64,000 nucleotides of DNA from an uncultured Candidatus Izemoplasmatales bacterium (GTDB lineage Bacteria > Bacillota_I > Bacilli_A > Izemoplasmatales > Hujiaoplasmataceae), in contig CAYWUZ010000002.1 of NCBI GenBank assembly GCA_964461565.1, forward strand, positions 28,366 through 92,365. Direction: 5' to 3'. The position numbers were made by a program, and so were the translations under genes. How positions within the stretch are numbered: the stretch's first letter is position 1; every line of letters begins with the position of its first letter. This document shows positions 10,620-18,806 of the stretch, piece after piece. The notes beneath the pieces are model-generated. The model saw nothing but the letters and a program-made list of their open reading frames with translations, was not told where the DNA came from and did no database searches.

Positions 10620-10696
10620 TGGCGACCCGGAGAGGATTTGAACCCCCCACCTCTAGCTCCGGAAGCTATTGCTCTATCCAACTGAGCTACCGGGCC
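10620..10696 (-). tRNA. tRNA-Arg (anticodon CCG)
   Basis: Hand-folded cloverleaf of GGCCCGGTAGCTCAGTTGGATAGAGCAATAGCTTCCGGAGCTAGAGGTGGGGGGTTCAAATCCTCTCCGGGTCGCCA. Anticodon loop is TTCCGGA. CCA is encoded. Confidence 0.9.
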
Positions 10697-10699
10697 AAT

Positions 10700-10776
10700 T
10701 GGCGACCTGGAAGGGATTTGAACCCCCGACCGACGGCTTAGGAAGCCGCTGCTCTATCCTGCTGAGCTACCAGGCC
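10700..10776 (-). tRNA. tRNA-Arg (anticodon CCT)
   Basis: Cloverleaf of GGCCTGGTAGCTCAGCAGGATAGAGCAGCGGCTTCCTAAGCCGTCGGTCGGGGGTTCAAATCCCTTCCAGGTCGCCA. Anticodon loop is TTCCTAA. CCA is encoded. Only a 3-nt spacer separates it from the next tRNA. Confidence 0.9.
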
Positions 10777-10778
10777 AA

Positions 10779-10804
10779 TAAAAAAAAGTCAGCGAACTGA
10801 CTTT
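10779..10804 (-). terminator. Terminator-like hairpin inside the tRNA-Arg cluster
   Basis: 8-bp stem aaagtcag/ctgacttt with a cgaa-type tetraloop, followed by T8 on the minus strand. Lies between tRNA-Arg(TCT) and tRNA-Arg(CCT). Confidence 0.5.
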
Positions 10805-10815
10805 AAATATCTAAA

Positions 10816-10892
<77 letters not shown>

Positions 10893-10905
10893 ACACGCAA
10901 TAAAT

Positions 10906-10934
10906 ATTATAATAGAAAGTTGTCAGTTTGTAAA
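10906..10934 (-). promoter_or_regulatory. Promoter of the tRNA-Arg cluster (TTTACA-17-TATAAT)
   Basis: On the minus strand: TTTACA (10934..10929), a 17-nt spacer, TATAAT (10911..10906). The -10 ends 13 nt upstream of the mature 5' end of tRNA-Arg(TCT). Confidence 0.6.
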
Positions 10935-10950
10935 GGATAAATATTTTATT

Positions 10951-11433
10951 TTATTTGATGTTAAACTTTTTGTTAATAGCGAGCGTAACATTTTCAGGAA
11001 CAAAGGGACTAACATCACCTTTAAAACCTGCTAATTCTCTCACTGATGAAGATGAAAGGAATGAGTACTTTCCTTGAGTCATAAGAAATACTGTATCAAC
11101 TAAATCACTGATTTGATGGTTAAAATTAGTCATTTGAAACTCATAATCATAATCTGTGACAGCTCTTAAACCCCTTAATATATGCGTAGCGCCTATTTCA
11201 AGACAATGATCTACTGTTAATTGGTTTGATTCAATTACTTCTATGTTATCAATATCCTTAACACATTCTTTAACTAATTGTATTCTTTCTTCCGTTGAAA
11301 AAGTCGTTTTTTTATTTGGGTTAAATGATACAGCTATGTAGAGTTTATCAAAGAGTTTTGCACCTCTCGTAATAATATCTAAATGTCCAAAGGTAATTGG
11401 ATCGAAGCTTCCTGGATAAAAACCTATTCTCAT
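10951..11433 (-). CDS. coaD: Phosphopantetheine adenylyltransferase
   Basis: 160 aa with YPGSFDPITFGHLDI nucleotidyltransferase motif. Overlaps the rsmD stop, which is the conserved rsmD-coaD pairing. Confidence 0.93.
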   Translation of the reverse strand: MRIGFYPGSFDPITFGHLDIITRGAKLFDKLYIAVSFNPNKKTTFSTEERIQLVKECVKDIDNIEVIESNQLTVDHCLEIGATHILRGLRAVTDYDYEFQMTNFNHQISDLVDTVFLMTQGKYSFLSSSSVRELAGFKGDVSPFVPENVTLAINKKFNIK

Positions 11434-11975
11434 AATAACACCCTTTCCAAAATGGTAATTTTTGATTGACCAAGTTTTTTCTCTTTAATTTTAACAATAT
11501 CCTTGTATGATTCTATATCAGTTTGATTATCTGATTCCATGACAATTATACCATGTTTATTTAATAACTGTCTACTTGAAATAATCTCGAGGATATCTTG
11601 ATAAGGATTCAACTTATAAGGTGGGTCTAATAATATTAAATCATAAGTTTTCTGAGTGGTTTGAATATATTGAATCACATCTTTTTTATATACATTTGTT
11701 AACTCATCTAACTCTAAAGAATTGATATTTTCATTGATAATCTTAATCGCAGCGTATTGATTATCGACAAAATCACATGATGTGATTCCTCTCGATAAAG
11801 CTTCTATACCAAGAGACCCACTTCCAGCAAACAAATCTAAACAGTAGCCTCCATCGAAGAATTGGCCAATAGAATTAAAAATCGTTTCTTTATTTTTGTC
11901 TGTAGTTGGTCTAGTCAAACTCGACTTAACATCTTTAATCTTTCTTGATTTATATTTTCCAGCTATGACTCTCAA
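11430..11975 (-). CDS. rsmD: 16S rRNA (guanine966-N2)-methyltransferase
   Basis: 181 aa with SAM motif DLFAGSGSLGIEALSRG and LLDPPY motif. TTG start, with GGAGCGAGG 7 nt upstream. Confidence 0.88.
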   Translation of the reverse strand: MRVIAGKYKSRKIKDVKSSLTRPTTDKNKETIFNSIGQFFDGGYCLDLFAGSGSLGIEALSRGITSCDFVDNQYAAIKIINENINSLELDELTNVYKKDVIQYIQTTQKTYDLILLDPPYKLNPYQDILEIISSRQLLNKHGIIVMESDNQTDIESYKDIVKIKEKKLGQSKITILERVLL

Positions 11976-12001
11976 TATAAAACCTCGCTCCCATAAAAAA
12001 A

Positions 12002-12170
12002 GTACTTAAGCAGTTGGAAGTTACCCTAGCAGACTACATCTACTAACTAAGTGGGCATCTCTTCTTATACCTTTAGGATTCCTATAAATAGGCTTTCAAC
12101 ACAAGTATAAGCTCGACTCCCTTCAAAAAACTGTGCGTCGCGGGTGGGTAACTTCCAACCAATTAAGTAC
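12002..12170 (-). ncRNA. Structured ~170-nt RNA, 6S RNA-like candidate (alternative: ylbH/rsmD leader element)
   Basis: 25-position closing helix between 12170..12146 and 12026..12002: 22 Watson-Crick pairs, 2 G:U, 1 mismatch. The G:U pairs exist only on the minus strand. It has its own consensus promoter 6 nt upstream and a U7 run immediately after the helix. The interior can form a bubble plus apical stems. Confidence 0.55.
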
Positions 12171-12176
12171 ACTTTT

Positions 12177-12205
12177 ATTATAAAATACAAAAGTATCGAT
12201 GTCAA
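12177..12205 (-). promoter_or_regulatory. Exact-consensus sigma-A promoter TTGACA-17-TATAAT driving the structured RNA
   Basis: On the minus strand: TTGACA (12205..12200), a 17-nt spacer, TATAAT (12182..12177). The closing helix of the RNA begins 6 nt later. Confidence 0.7.
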
Positions 12206-12223
12206 CAAGTTCAACCATTTAAT

Positions 12224-12256
12224 TAAAAAAAATGCGGACAATTAAATTGTCCGCAT
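12224..12256 (-). terminator. Rho-independent terminator of ppdK
   Basis: 11-bp stem atgcggacaat/attgtccgcat with a 3-nt loop, followed by T8 on the minus strand. Begins 8 nt after the ppdK stop. Confidence 0.8.
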
Positions 12257-12263
12257 AGATTGT

Positions 12264-14888
12264 TTATTTTCTAGGATTTTTAATATTTGCTTGAGCAGCA
12301 GCTAGACGTGCAATTGGCACTCTAAATGGTGAACAAGAAACATAAGATAATCCAATATTATGACAGAACTCAACAGATCTAGGATCTCCACCGTGTTCTC
12401 CACAAATTCCTAATTTAATATCAGGTCTAGATTTACGGCCATCTTCAACAGCGATTTGCATTAAGCGACCGATACCAATTTGGTCAATATGTGCAAACGG
12501 ATCTTCATTGAAAATGTTTTTCTTGTAGTAATCAGCTAAGAATTTTCCAGCGTCATCTCTAGAGAAACCAAATCCCATTTGTGTTAAGTCATTTGTTCCG
12601 AAACTGAAGAATTCAGCTTCTTTTGCTATTTCTTCTGCAGTTAAACAAGCTCTTGGGATTTCAATCATTGTTCCGACTGAGTATTCTAATTCTACTCCAG
12701 CATTTTTAATGATTTCATCAGCTGTTTTAACAACACGTTCTTTAATATATTTTAATTCTTTTAATTCTCCAACAAGCGGAATCATGATTTCAGGTGTAAC
12801 ATTAAGACCTTTTTTATTGACTTCAATTGCTGCTTCGATAACAGCTCTTGTTTGCATTACAGCAATTTCAGGGTAAGTAATTGAAAGTCTAACACCACGA
12901 TGTCCTAACATTGGGTTTGTTTCATGTAATTCATTAATTGTTCCATTTAATTCTTCGAATGTAATACCAAGATCTTTAGCTAATTCGATAATATCGTCTT
13001 TATCATTTGGTAAGAATTCATGTAGAGGTGGATCTAAGTAACGGATTGTTACTGGGAATCCTTGCATAGCTTCATATAATTCAATGAAATCTTGTTTTTG
13101 CATTGGTAATAATTTAGCTAATGCTTTTTCTCTTTCTTCAACTGTTTTAGCAACAATCATTTCACGAACAGCTTTAATTCTTGTACCTTCGAAGAACATA
13201 TGTTCTGTACGGCATAAACCAATACCTTCAGCGCCAAAGTCATAAGCTTGTGAAGCGTCACGTTTGTTGTCAGCGTTCGTTCTTACTTTTAATGCACGGT
13301 GCTTGTCAGCCCAAGACATTAACTTAGCAAAATCTCCACTCACTGCAGCTTCCATAGTTTTAACTTTTTCTCCGTAGATTTTACCAGTTGATCCATCTAA
13401 TGAAATATAGTCGCCTTCGTTATATTTTTTACCATTAACAGTAAAGAATAAACCTTCTTCATTAACTCTAATTTCATGAGCACCTGCTACGCAGCAAGTT
13501 CCCATTCCTCTAGCCACAACAGCCGCATGAGATGTCATACCACCACGAGCGGTTAACACACCTTGTGCTACTGCCATACCTTCGATATCTTCAGGAGAAG
13601 TTTCTTCTCTAACAAGAATCACTTGATCTCCGTTAGCTGCCATTTCAGTAGCTCTTTCAGCTGTAAATACAACTTTACCAGTTGCTGCACCAGGAGATGC
13701 ATTTAAACCAGTTGAAATCACTTCTGCATTTGCTAAAGCTTCTGGGTCAAATTGAGGATGTAATAATGTATCTAATTGAGCAGGTTCAACTTTTAAAATA
13801 GCTTCTTTTTCAGTTAATAAACCTTCTTCAACCATATCAATCGCGATTTTTAAAGCAGCTTGTGCTGTTCTTTTACCGTTTCTTGTTTGTAGTATGTATA
13901 ATTTACCTTTTTCAATAGTAAACTCTAAATCTTGCATATCTCTATAATGATTTTCTAATTTAGAAGAAATATCTAAGAATTCTTTATAAATAGCAGGATT
14001 GTCTTTTTCTAACTCAGAAATAGGTTTTGGCGTACGAATACCAGCCACAACATCTTCACCTTGAGCATTAAATAAATACTCTCCATAAAGTGCTTTTTCA
14101 CCATCTGAAGGGTTTCTAGTAAAGGCAACACCAGTACCTGAAGTGTCTCCCATATTACCAAAGACCATTGATTGAACATTAACAGCTGTTCCCCATTCAT
14201 AAGGGATGTTGTTCATACGTCTGTAGTATTGAGCTCTTGGGTTATCCCATGATCTAAATACTGCTTCAACTGCTAAGATTAATTGTTCTCTTGGATCTTG
14301 TGGGAATGGTTCTCCTTTAAGTTCTTCGTATTTAACTTTAAAAGCTTCTACGATTTCTTTTAAATCTTCTGAACTTAAATCAGTATCTAATTCAATACCT
14401 TTTTCTTCTTTTTTAGCATCAAAGATTTTTTCAAAATTTGATTTGCTGATTTCCATAACAACATCAGAGAACATTGTAATGAATCGTCTGTATGAATCAT
14501 ATGCAAATCTTTCATTCTCAGTTTGTTGAGCCAATCCAACAACTGCTTCATCATTTAAACCTAAGTTTAAAATAGTATCCATCATACCTGGCATTGAAGC
14601 TCTCGCTCCTGAACGCACTGATACAAGGAAAGGATTACTGTTATCTCCAAATTTTTTGTTAACAGTTTTTTCTGTTTCAGCTAAAGCTTCAAAGATTTGT
14701 TTTACAATGTCTTTATTGATTTTTTTGCCATCTTCATAATATCTTGTACAAGCTTCTGTTGATACAGTAAACCCTTGAGGAATTGGTAATCCTAGGCTTG
14801 TCATTTCACCAAGGTTTGCACCTTTTCCACCAAGAAGGTTTTTCATCGATTGGTTTGCTTCTTTAAATAAATAAACAAATTTACTCAT
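12264..14888 (-). CDS. ppdK: Pyruvate, phosphate dikinase
   Basis: 874 aa with phosphohistidine motif GGMTSHAAVVARG and PEP-utilising C-terminal motif FFSFGTNDLTQM. Confidence 0.95.
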   Translation of the reverse strand: MSKFVYLFKEANQSMKNLLGGKGANLGEMTSLGLPIPQGFTVSTEACTRYYEDGKKINKDIVKQIFEALAETEKTVNKKFGDNSNPFLVSVRSGARASMPGMMDTILNLGLNDEAVVGLAQQTENERFAYDSYRRFITMFSDVVMEISKSNFEKIFDAKKEEKGIELDTDLSSEDLKEIVEAFKVKYEELKGEPFPQDPREQLILAVEAVFRSWDNPRAQYYRRMNNIPYEWGTAVNVQSMVFGNMGDTSGTGVAFTRNPSDGEKALYGEYLFNAQGEDVVAGIRTPKPISELEKDNPAIYKEFLDISSKLENHYRDMQDLEFTIEKGKLYILQTRNGKRTAQAALKIAIDMVEEGLLTEKEAILKVEPAQLDTLLHPQFDPEALANAEVISTGLNASPGAATGKVVFTAERATEMAANGDQVILVREETSPEDIEGMAVAQGVLTARGGMTSHAAVVARGMGTCCVAGAHEIRVNEEGLFFTVNGKKYNEGDYISLDGSTGKIYGEKVKTMEAAVSGDFAKLMSWADKHRALKVRTNADNKRDASQAYDFGAEGIGLCRTEHMFFEGTRIKAVREMIVAKTVEEREKALAKLLPMQKQDFIELYEAMQGFPVTIRYLDPPLHEFLPNDKDDIIELAKDLGITFEELNGTINELHETNPMLGHRGVRLSITYPEIAVMQTRAVIEAAIEVNKKGLNVTPEIMIPLVGELKELKYIKERVVKTADEIIKNAGVELEYSVGTMIEIPRACLTAEEIAKEAEFFSFGTNDLTQMGFGFSRDDAGKFLADYYKKNIFNEDPFAHIDQIGIGRLMQIAVEDGRKSRPDIKLGICGEHGGDPRSVEFCHNIGLSYVSCSPFRVPIARLAAAQANIKNPRK

Positions 14889-14936
14889 AATTGCTTCCTT
14901 TCTTATTTATAATCATATTTGATTTCGAACGTATAA

Positions 14937-14965
14937 ATTATACCAAAATAACAGTTAAATATCAA
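14937..14965 (-). promoter_or_regulatory. ppdK promoter TTGATA-17-TATAAT with extended -10 (TGgTATAAT)
   Basis: On the minus strand: TTGATA (14965..14960), a 17-nt spacer ending in TGG, TATAAT (14942..14937). About 45 nt upstream of the ATG. Confidence 0.6.
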
Positions 14966-14994
14966 ACGATATAGACGTTAATTCACGTTTATTT

Positions 14995-16602
14995 TTATGA
15001 AAACTTAATGAAAAGGCTTTCAACTTTTTTATCAAGAAAAATATAGAGGCCACAGAATATCAATGCATTGATTATTGATAGTAATAATAAAGAAACTATT
15101 ATAGGTAAATCAATGAATAAATAGAATTGAATAACCCCTAAAATGATTAAAAGACCTAAGCCAGAAAATAGACCTAATAGCCCTCCAATACTTTGTTTGA
15201 CGACCTCAGTTTCATTTTGATAGTTGAATTTCGGGAAAAATAAATTAATAATCGATCCCATGATTGATGTTGTAAATGAGAATGATGTTAATAATATAAT
15301 CATGACAATCATACTTTGTAATGATATTGATAAACTAAATCCTAAAGTTAAAACAAAGAATATTGCAAATGGTAATCCAACCAATACATTAAAGAAAAGT
15401 TTACTCATCATCACTGTTTTAGGCTTAATTGGCAATGATTGAATGAACCATAAATTTTTACCTTCGAGTGACAATGAAACAGCTGATGTAAATACTGTTG
15501 ATAAAATAAAGCCAGCCGGTAACAATACGATGTACTCAATAGATAACAAATCTCCTCCAGTTTGTGCAGATATTTGTACCAACATATCTTTAAGTTGACC
15601 TGCATAAAAGAATGATGCAAATCCACCTAACAATAATAAAACAGGACCAAAACCAGTATTAAGTACATATACATTAATTGAAAAGAATGTTTTGACTTCT
15701 TTTCTAATGAGTGTTTCCATAATTGAACGTTGTTTAGATATCACATTTTTGTTTTTTCTAAATCTTGTTGTCGTTTTCATTTGATTGGTTTTATTAATAA
15801 AGTTTTTAATGAGATAAATATATCCAATAATTAAAACAATATTAATTAAAGCAAATAAAATAAAAGAGAAAAAACTTCTATTGATAATTGAATCGTTAAA
15901 TAGAGTTACCGTTGGAATATATTCACTAATACTCTTCAAGAAAGCTTGTTGATTTAAAAATGGATTTTCTGAATCAGCGCTAAAACTAAAAGAATAATAC
16001 ATAAAAACAATTAATAAACCAAAGGTAAAAACAATATTGATTAACTTGCTTATTCTAAATTTAGTGAATCCATAATTCATAAGCAATGAGATAAAAGAAA
16101 ATATAATCAATGGGATAATTGGTATGAAGAGTAAAGATAATAAAATAATGATTAATTGGTAAATTGAAAATCCGCCATGATAAAAATAAGAAAAAATCAT
16201 TGGAGCTGATAATAGATAAGTGGTTAAATATACCATGACTAGCATCACAGTGATTTTAGCAGCGATAACTACTTCATTTTTTAATGGTAAGGCCCCTAAA
16301 AAATCATAATCTTTATAGACAAACAAATAGCCGCTCGCTCTTAAAATAACAAAAAAAGCGGATAAAAATGTTGAGTAAATAAAGATATAAATTAACAAAG
16401 AATCAAGAGAATCTAATTGCTTAAAGATTTTTCCTAATTCAAAAAAGAGAAAACCAAAAGATAACATGATAGAACCAAAAGCATAAATTAACAACAAAGA
16501 TAATAAAATTGTCTTTGTTTTTGATTGTTTTGTATTTGTTCCTAAGATTCTTCTTAAAGAATAATTTTCTTTAAAGAAAACTTTAACTAATTTTAAATAC
16601 AT
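14995..16602 (-). CDS. Large polytopic membrane protein, putative ABC-exporter permease partner
   Basis: 535 aa with more than 10 hydrophobic segments. Lies 3 nt downstream of the ABC ATPase gene. No recognisable catalytic motif. Confidence 0.6.
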   Translation of the reverse strand: MYLKLVKVFFKENYSLRRILGTNTKQSKTKTILLSLLLIYAFGSIMLSFGFLFFELGKIFKQLDSLDSLLIYIFIYSTFLSAFFVILRASGYLFVYKDYDFLGALPLKNEVVIAAKITVMLVMVYLTTYLLSAPMIFSYFYHGGFSIYQLIIILLSLLFIPIIPLIIFSFISLLMNYGFTKFRISKLINIVFTFGLLIVFMYYSFSFSADSENPFLNQQAFLKSISEYIPTVTLFNDSIINRSFFSFILFALINIVLIIGYIYLIKNFINKTNQMKTTTRFRKNKNVISKQRSIMETLIRKEVKTFFSINVYVLNTGFGPVLLLLGGFASFFYAGQLKDMLVQISAQTGGDLLSIEYIVLLPAGFILSTVFTSAVSLSLEGKNLWFIQSLPIKPKTVMMSKLFFNVLVGLPFAIFFVLTLGFSLSISLQSMIVMIILLTSFSFTTSIMGSIINLFFPKFNYQNETEVVKQSIGGLLGLFSGLGLLIILGVIQFYLFIDLPIIVSLLLLSIINALIFCGLYIFLDKKVESLFIKFS

Positions 16603-16605
16603 CAG

Positions 16606-17316
16606 CTATTCCTTTAATAAATCCATAAATATATTTTCTAATGATTCATCTTCAATAATCGTTTTGGTTTCACCATTTGTAACGATGTGGCCGTTTTTAA
16701 TAATCGCTACTTTATGACATAATTTTTCAGCTACTTCTAGTACGTGTGTTGAGAAAAAGATGAGTGATCCTTTATTACATAGTTTTACAAAAACTTCTTT
16801 TAATAAGAAACTCGCTTTTGGGTCTAAACCAACGAAAGGTTCATCTAATAATAACACTTTAGGTTCATGGATAAGTGCACCCATAATCACTGTTTTTTGT
16901 TTCATCCCATGAGAAAACGAAGAAATTGGATGATTAAGTACTTCAGACATTTCAAACATGGTTGCGTATTCTTCAATCAGTTGATTTCTTTTTACTAAAT
17001 CAATGTTAAAGACATCAGCGATAAAATCAAGATATTGTCTAGCCGTTAATGATTCATAAACATCAGGATTATCTGGTATATAAGCCATTAATTTTTTTGC
17101 ATCCAAAGGGTTCTTTTTGATTGAATGGTCATGTATGTATATTTCACCTTCATCAAAATTTAAGATACCAGCAATTGATTTTAATAAAGTGGTTTTACCT
17201 GCACCGTTATGGCCAATAAACCCATATATCTCACCTGGTTGAATGGTCAAATTAATACTGTCTATGGCTTTTTTCTTACCATCATAAGATTTTGAAACAT
17301 TTTCTATTCTTAACAT
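16606..17316 (-). CDS. ABC transporter ATP-binding protein (ABC-2 subfamily)
   Basis: Walker A GHNGAGKTT, signature FSHGMKQK, Walker B LLLDEP. Confidence 0.9.
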   Translation of the reverse strand: MLRIENVSKSYDGKKKAIDSINLTIQPGEIYGFIGHNGAGKTTLLKSIAGILNFDEGEIYIHDHSIKKNPLDAKKLMAYIPDNPDVYESLTARQYLDFIADVFNIDLVKRNQLIEEYATMFEMSEVLNHPISSFSHGMKQKTVIMGALIHEPKVLLLDEPFVGLDPKASFLLKEVFVKLCNKGSLIFFSTHVLEVAEKLCHKVAIIKNGHIVTNGETKTIIEDESLENIFMDLLKE

Positions 17317-17395
17317 AAATTCCTCCTAGTTCATATTTATTATATGAAACAATAAATACTTTGTAAATGATTATTGATAATTAAGTCTTTTTTAC

Positions 17396-17424
17396 TTGCA
17401 GAAAGACTTCTTTTTTTATATAAT
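17396..17424 (+). promoter_or_regulatory. tRNA-Thr promoter TTGCAG-17-TATAAT
   Basis: TTGCAG (17396..17401), a 17-nt spacer, TATAAT (17419..17424). The -10 ends 14 nt before the mature tRNA 5' end. Confidence 0.6.
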
Positions 17425-17438
17425 GTTTATGATAAATT

Positions 17439-17512
17439 GCTCCTATAGTTAAATGGTAGAACGCAGCAATGGTAATGCTGAAATTCTAGTTCGATTCTAG
17501 GTAGGAGCACCA
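17439..17512 (+). tRNA. tRNA-Thr (anticodon GGT)
   Basis: Cloverleaf of GCTCCTATAGTTAAATGGTAGAACGCAGCAATGGTAATGCTGAAATTCTAGTTCGATTCTAGGTAGGAGCACCA. Anticodon stem CAGCA/TGCTG, loop ATGGTAA. CCA is encoded. Confidence 0.88.
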
Positions 17513-17523
17513 TAATATAGAAT

Positions 17524-17545
17524 AAAGCGTCCAAATGGACGCTTT
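17524..17545. terminator. Bidirectional terminator (tRNA-Thr on plus, glgC on minus)
   Basis: 10-bp stem aaagcgtcca/tggacgcttt with a 2-nt loop, flanked by an A-run on one side and a T-run on the other. Confidence 0.7.
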
Positions 17546-17548
17546 TAT

Positions 17549-18793
17549 TTATTTTATAGTTGCGCCTGAATAAATCAGGTTTTCTTTTATATCTTTTACT
17601 TCTTTTAAATCTATGTGACCAAATATTCTTACATTTCGACCTATAACCATGTTTTTAGGTACATTGACATGTTTACCAATCACAGTGATTCCTGAAGATA
17701 ATAAATCTGGTCTTTCTATATTTTCGCTGTAATCATCACCAAATCCAACCATTGCGCCTTCTTCAATCACTGTGTGTTTATCAATAATACAATTATCAAT
17801 AATCGCACCAGCTTTGATTTCTACATCATTTAAAATCACTGAGTTAGATACTTTAGCTAATGGATGAATAATAACACCAGGACTTATCACTGATCGTTTG
17901 ACTTCGCCAGCGACAATTGATCCATTTGATATTAATGCTTGATTGATTTTTGCTTTTGAACCTATTTTAACAGCTGGCATATCTTCCGAACGTGTATAGA
18001 TTTTCCATGTTGGATCATACATATCAAGTTGAATTTTATCAACGGTTTCGATAAGTCCTAAATTTGTATTTAGATAAGCATCATAAGTACCAACGTCTTT
18101 CCAATAGCCTTGGAATTTATAAGCAAAAACATTGGCTTCATTAACCATTTTAGGAATAATATGTTTACCAAAATCTAGGTCTTTGTTCTCTGTTGACTCA
18201 AGATAGTCTAATAAAACATTCTTTTTAAATACATAGATACCCATTGACGCTAATGTTAAATTAGAATTTTTTGGTTTTTCGATGAAATCAGTGATTCTTA
18301 ATTCATCATCCGTTTGCATCATACCAAAATGATGAGCATCAACTGGTTCAATGACATTACAACCAACGGTTAAATCAGCGTTTGTTTCTATATGTCTTTT
18401 AATCATCTTCATGTAATTCATTTTATATATATGATCACCTGAAAGAATTAATACATAATCATAATTCCCTTTTTCTATGTAATGAATGTTCTTTTTAACT
18501 GAATCAGCTGTTCCTAAATACCATTCATTATGAGGCTGTAACAATGTAATTTTAGTATCTCTTCGATCTAAGTCCCATGGTTTACCTGAACCGATATGAT
18601 CGTTAAGTGAAAATGGCAAATATTGAGTTAATATAGCGATATCGTAAATACCAGAGTTGGTGCAATTACTTAAAGTAAAATCTATGATGCGGTACTTTCC
18701 TGCAAAAGGAACACTGGGTTTAACTCTTTTTTCAGAAAGAATATCTAATCTTGATCCTCTTCCACCAGCTAAAATTAATGCAAGTATTTTCAT
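17549..18793 (-). CDS. glgC: Glucose-1-phosphate adenylyltransferase
   Basis: 414 aa with N-terminal LAGGRGSRL motif and a C-terminal left-handed beta-helix repeat region. Confidence 0.9.
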   Translation of the reverse strand: MKILALILAGGRGSRLDILSEKRVKPSVPFAGKYRIIDFTLSNCTNSGIYDIAILTQYLPFSLNDHIGSGKPWDLDRRDTKITLLQPHNEWYLGTADSVKKNIHYIEKGNYDYVLILSGDHIYKMNYMKMIKRHIETNADLTVGCNVIEPVDAHHFGMMQTDDELRITDFIEKPKNSNLTLASMGIYVFKKNVLLDYLESTENKDLDFGKHIIPKMVNEANVFAYKFQGYWKDVGTYDAYLNTNLGLIETVDKIQLDMYDPTWKIYTRSEDMPAVKIGSKAKINQALISNGSIVAGEVKRSVISPGVIIHPLAKVSNSVILNDVEIKAGAIIDNCIIDKHTVIEEGAMVGFGDDYSENIERPDLLSSGITVIGKHVNVPKNMVIGRNVRIFGHIDLKEVKDIKENLIYSGATIK

Positions 18794-18806
18794 ATATGAC
18801 CTCTTC

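Noticed and set aside
12002-12170. Alternative identities for the structured RNA: SRP RNA, tmRNA, RNase P RNA, or a riboswitch for rsmD.
   Set aside because: There is no SRP domain-IV motif (GGAAGCAGC with a GNRA loop). There is no tRNA-like acceptor/CCA end or tag ORF. The RNA is far too short for RNase P. rsmD/coaD have no known ligand-sensing leader. A 6S-like or ylbH-leader identity remains the best guess.
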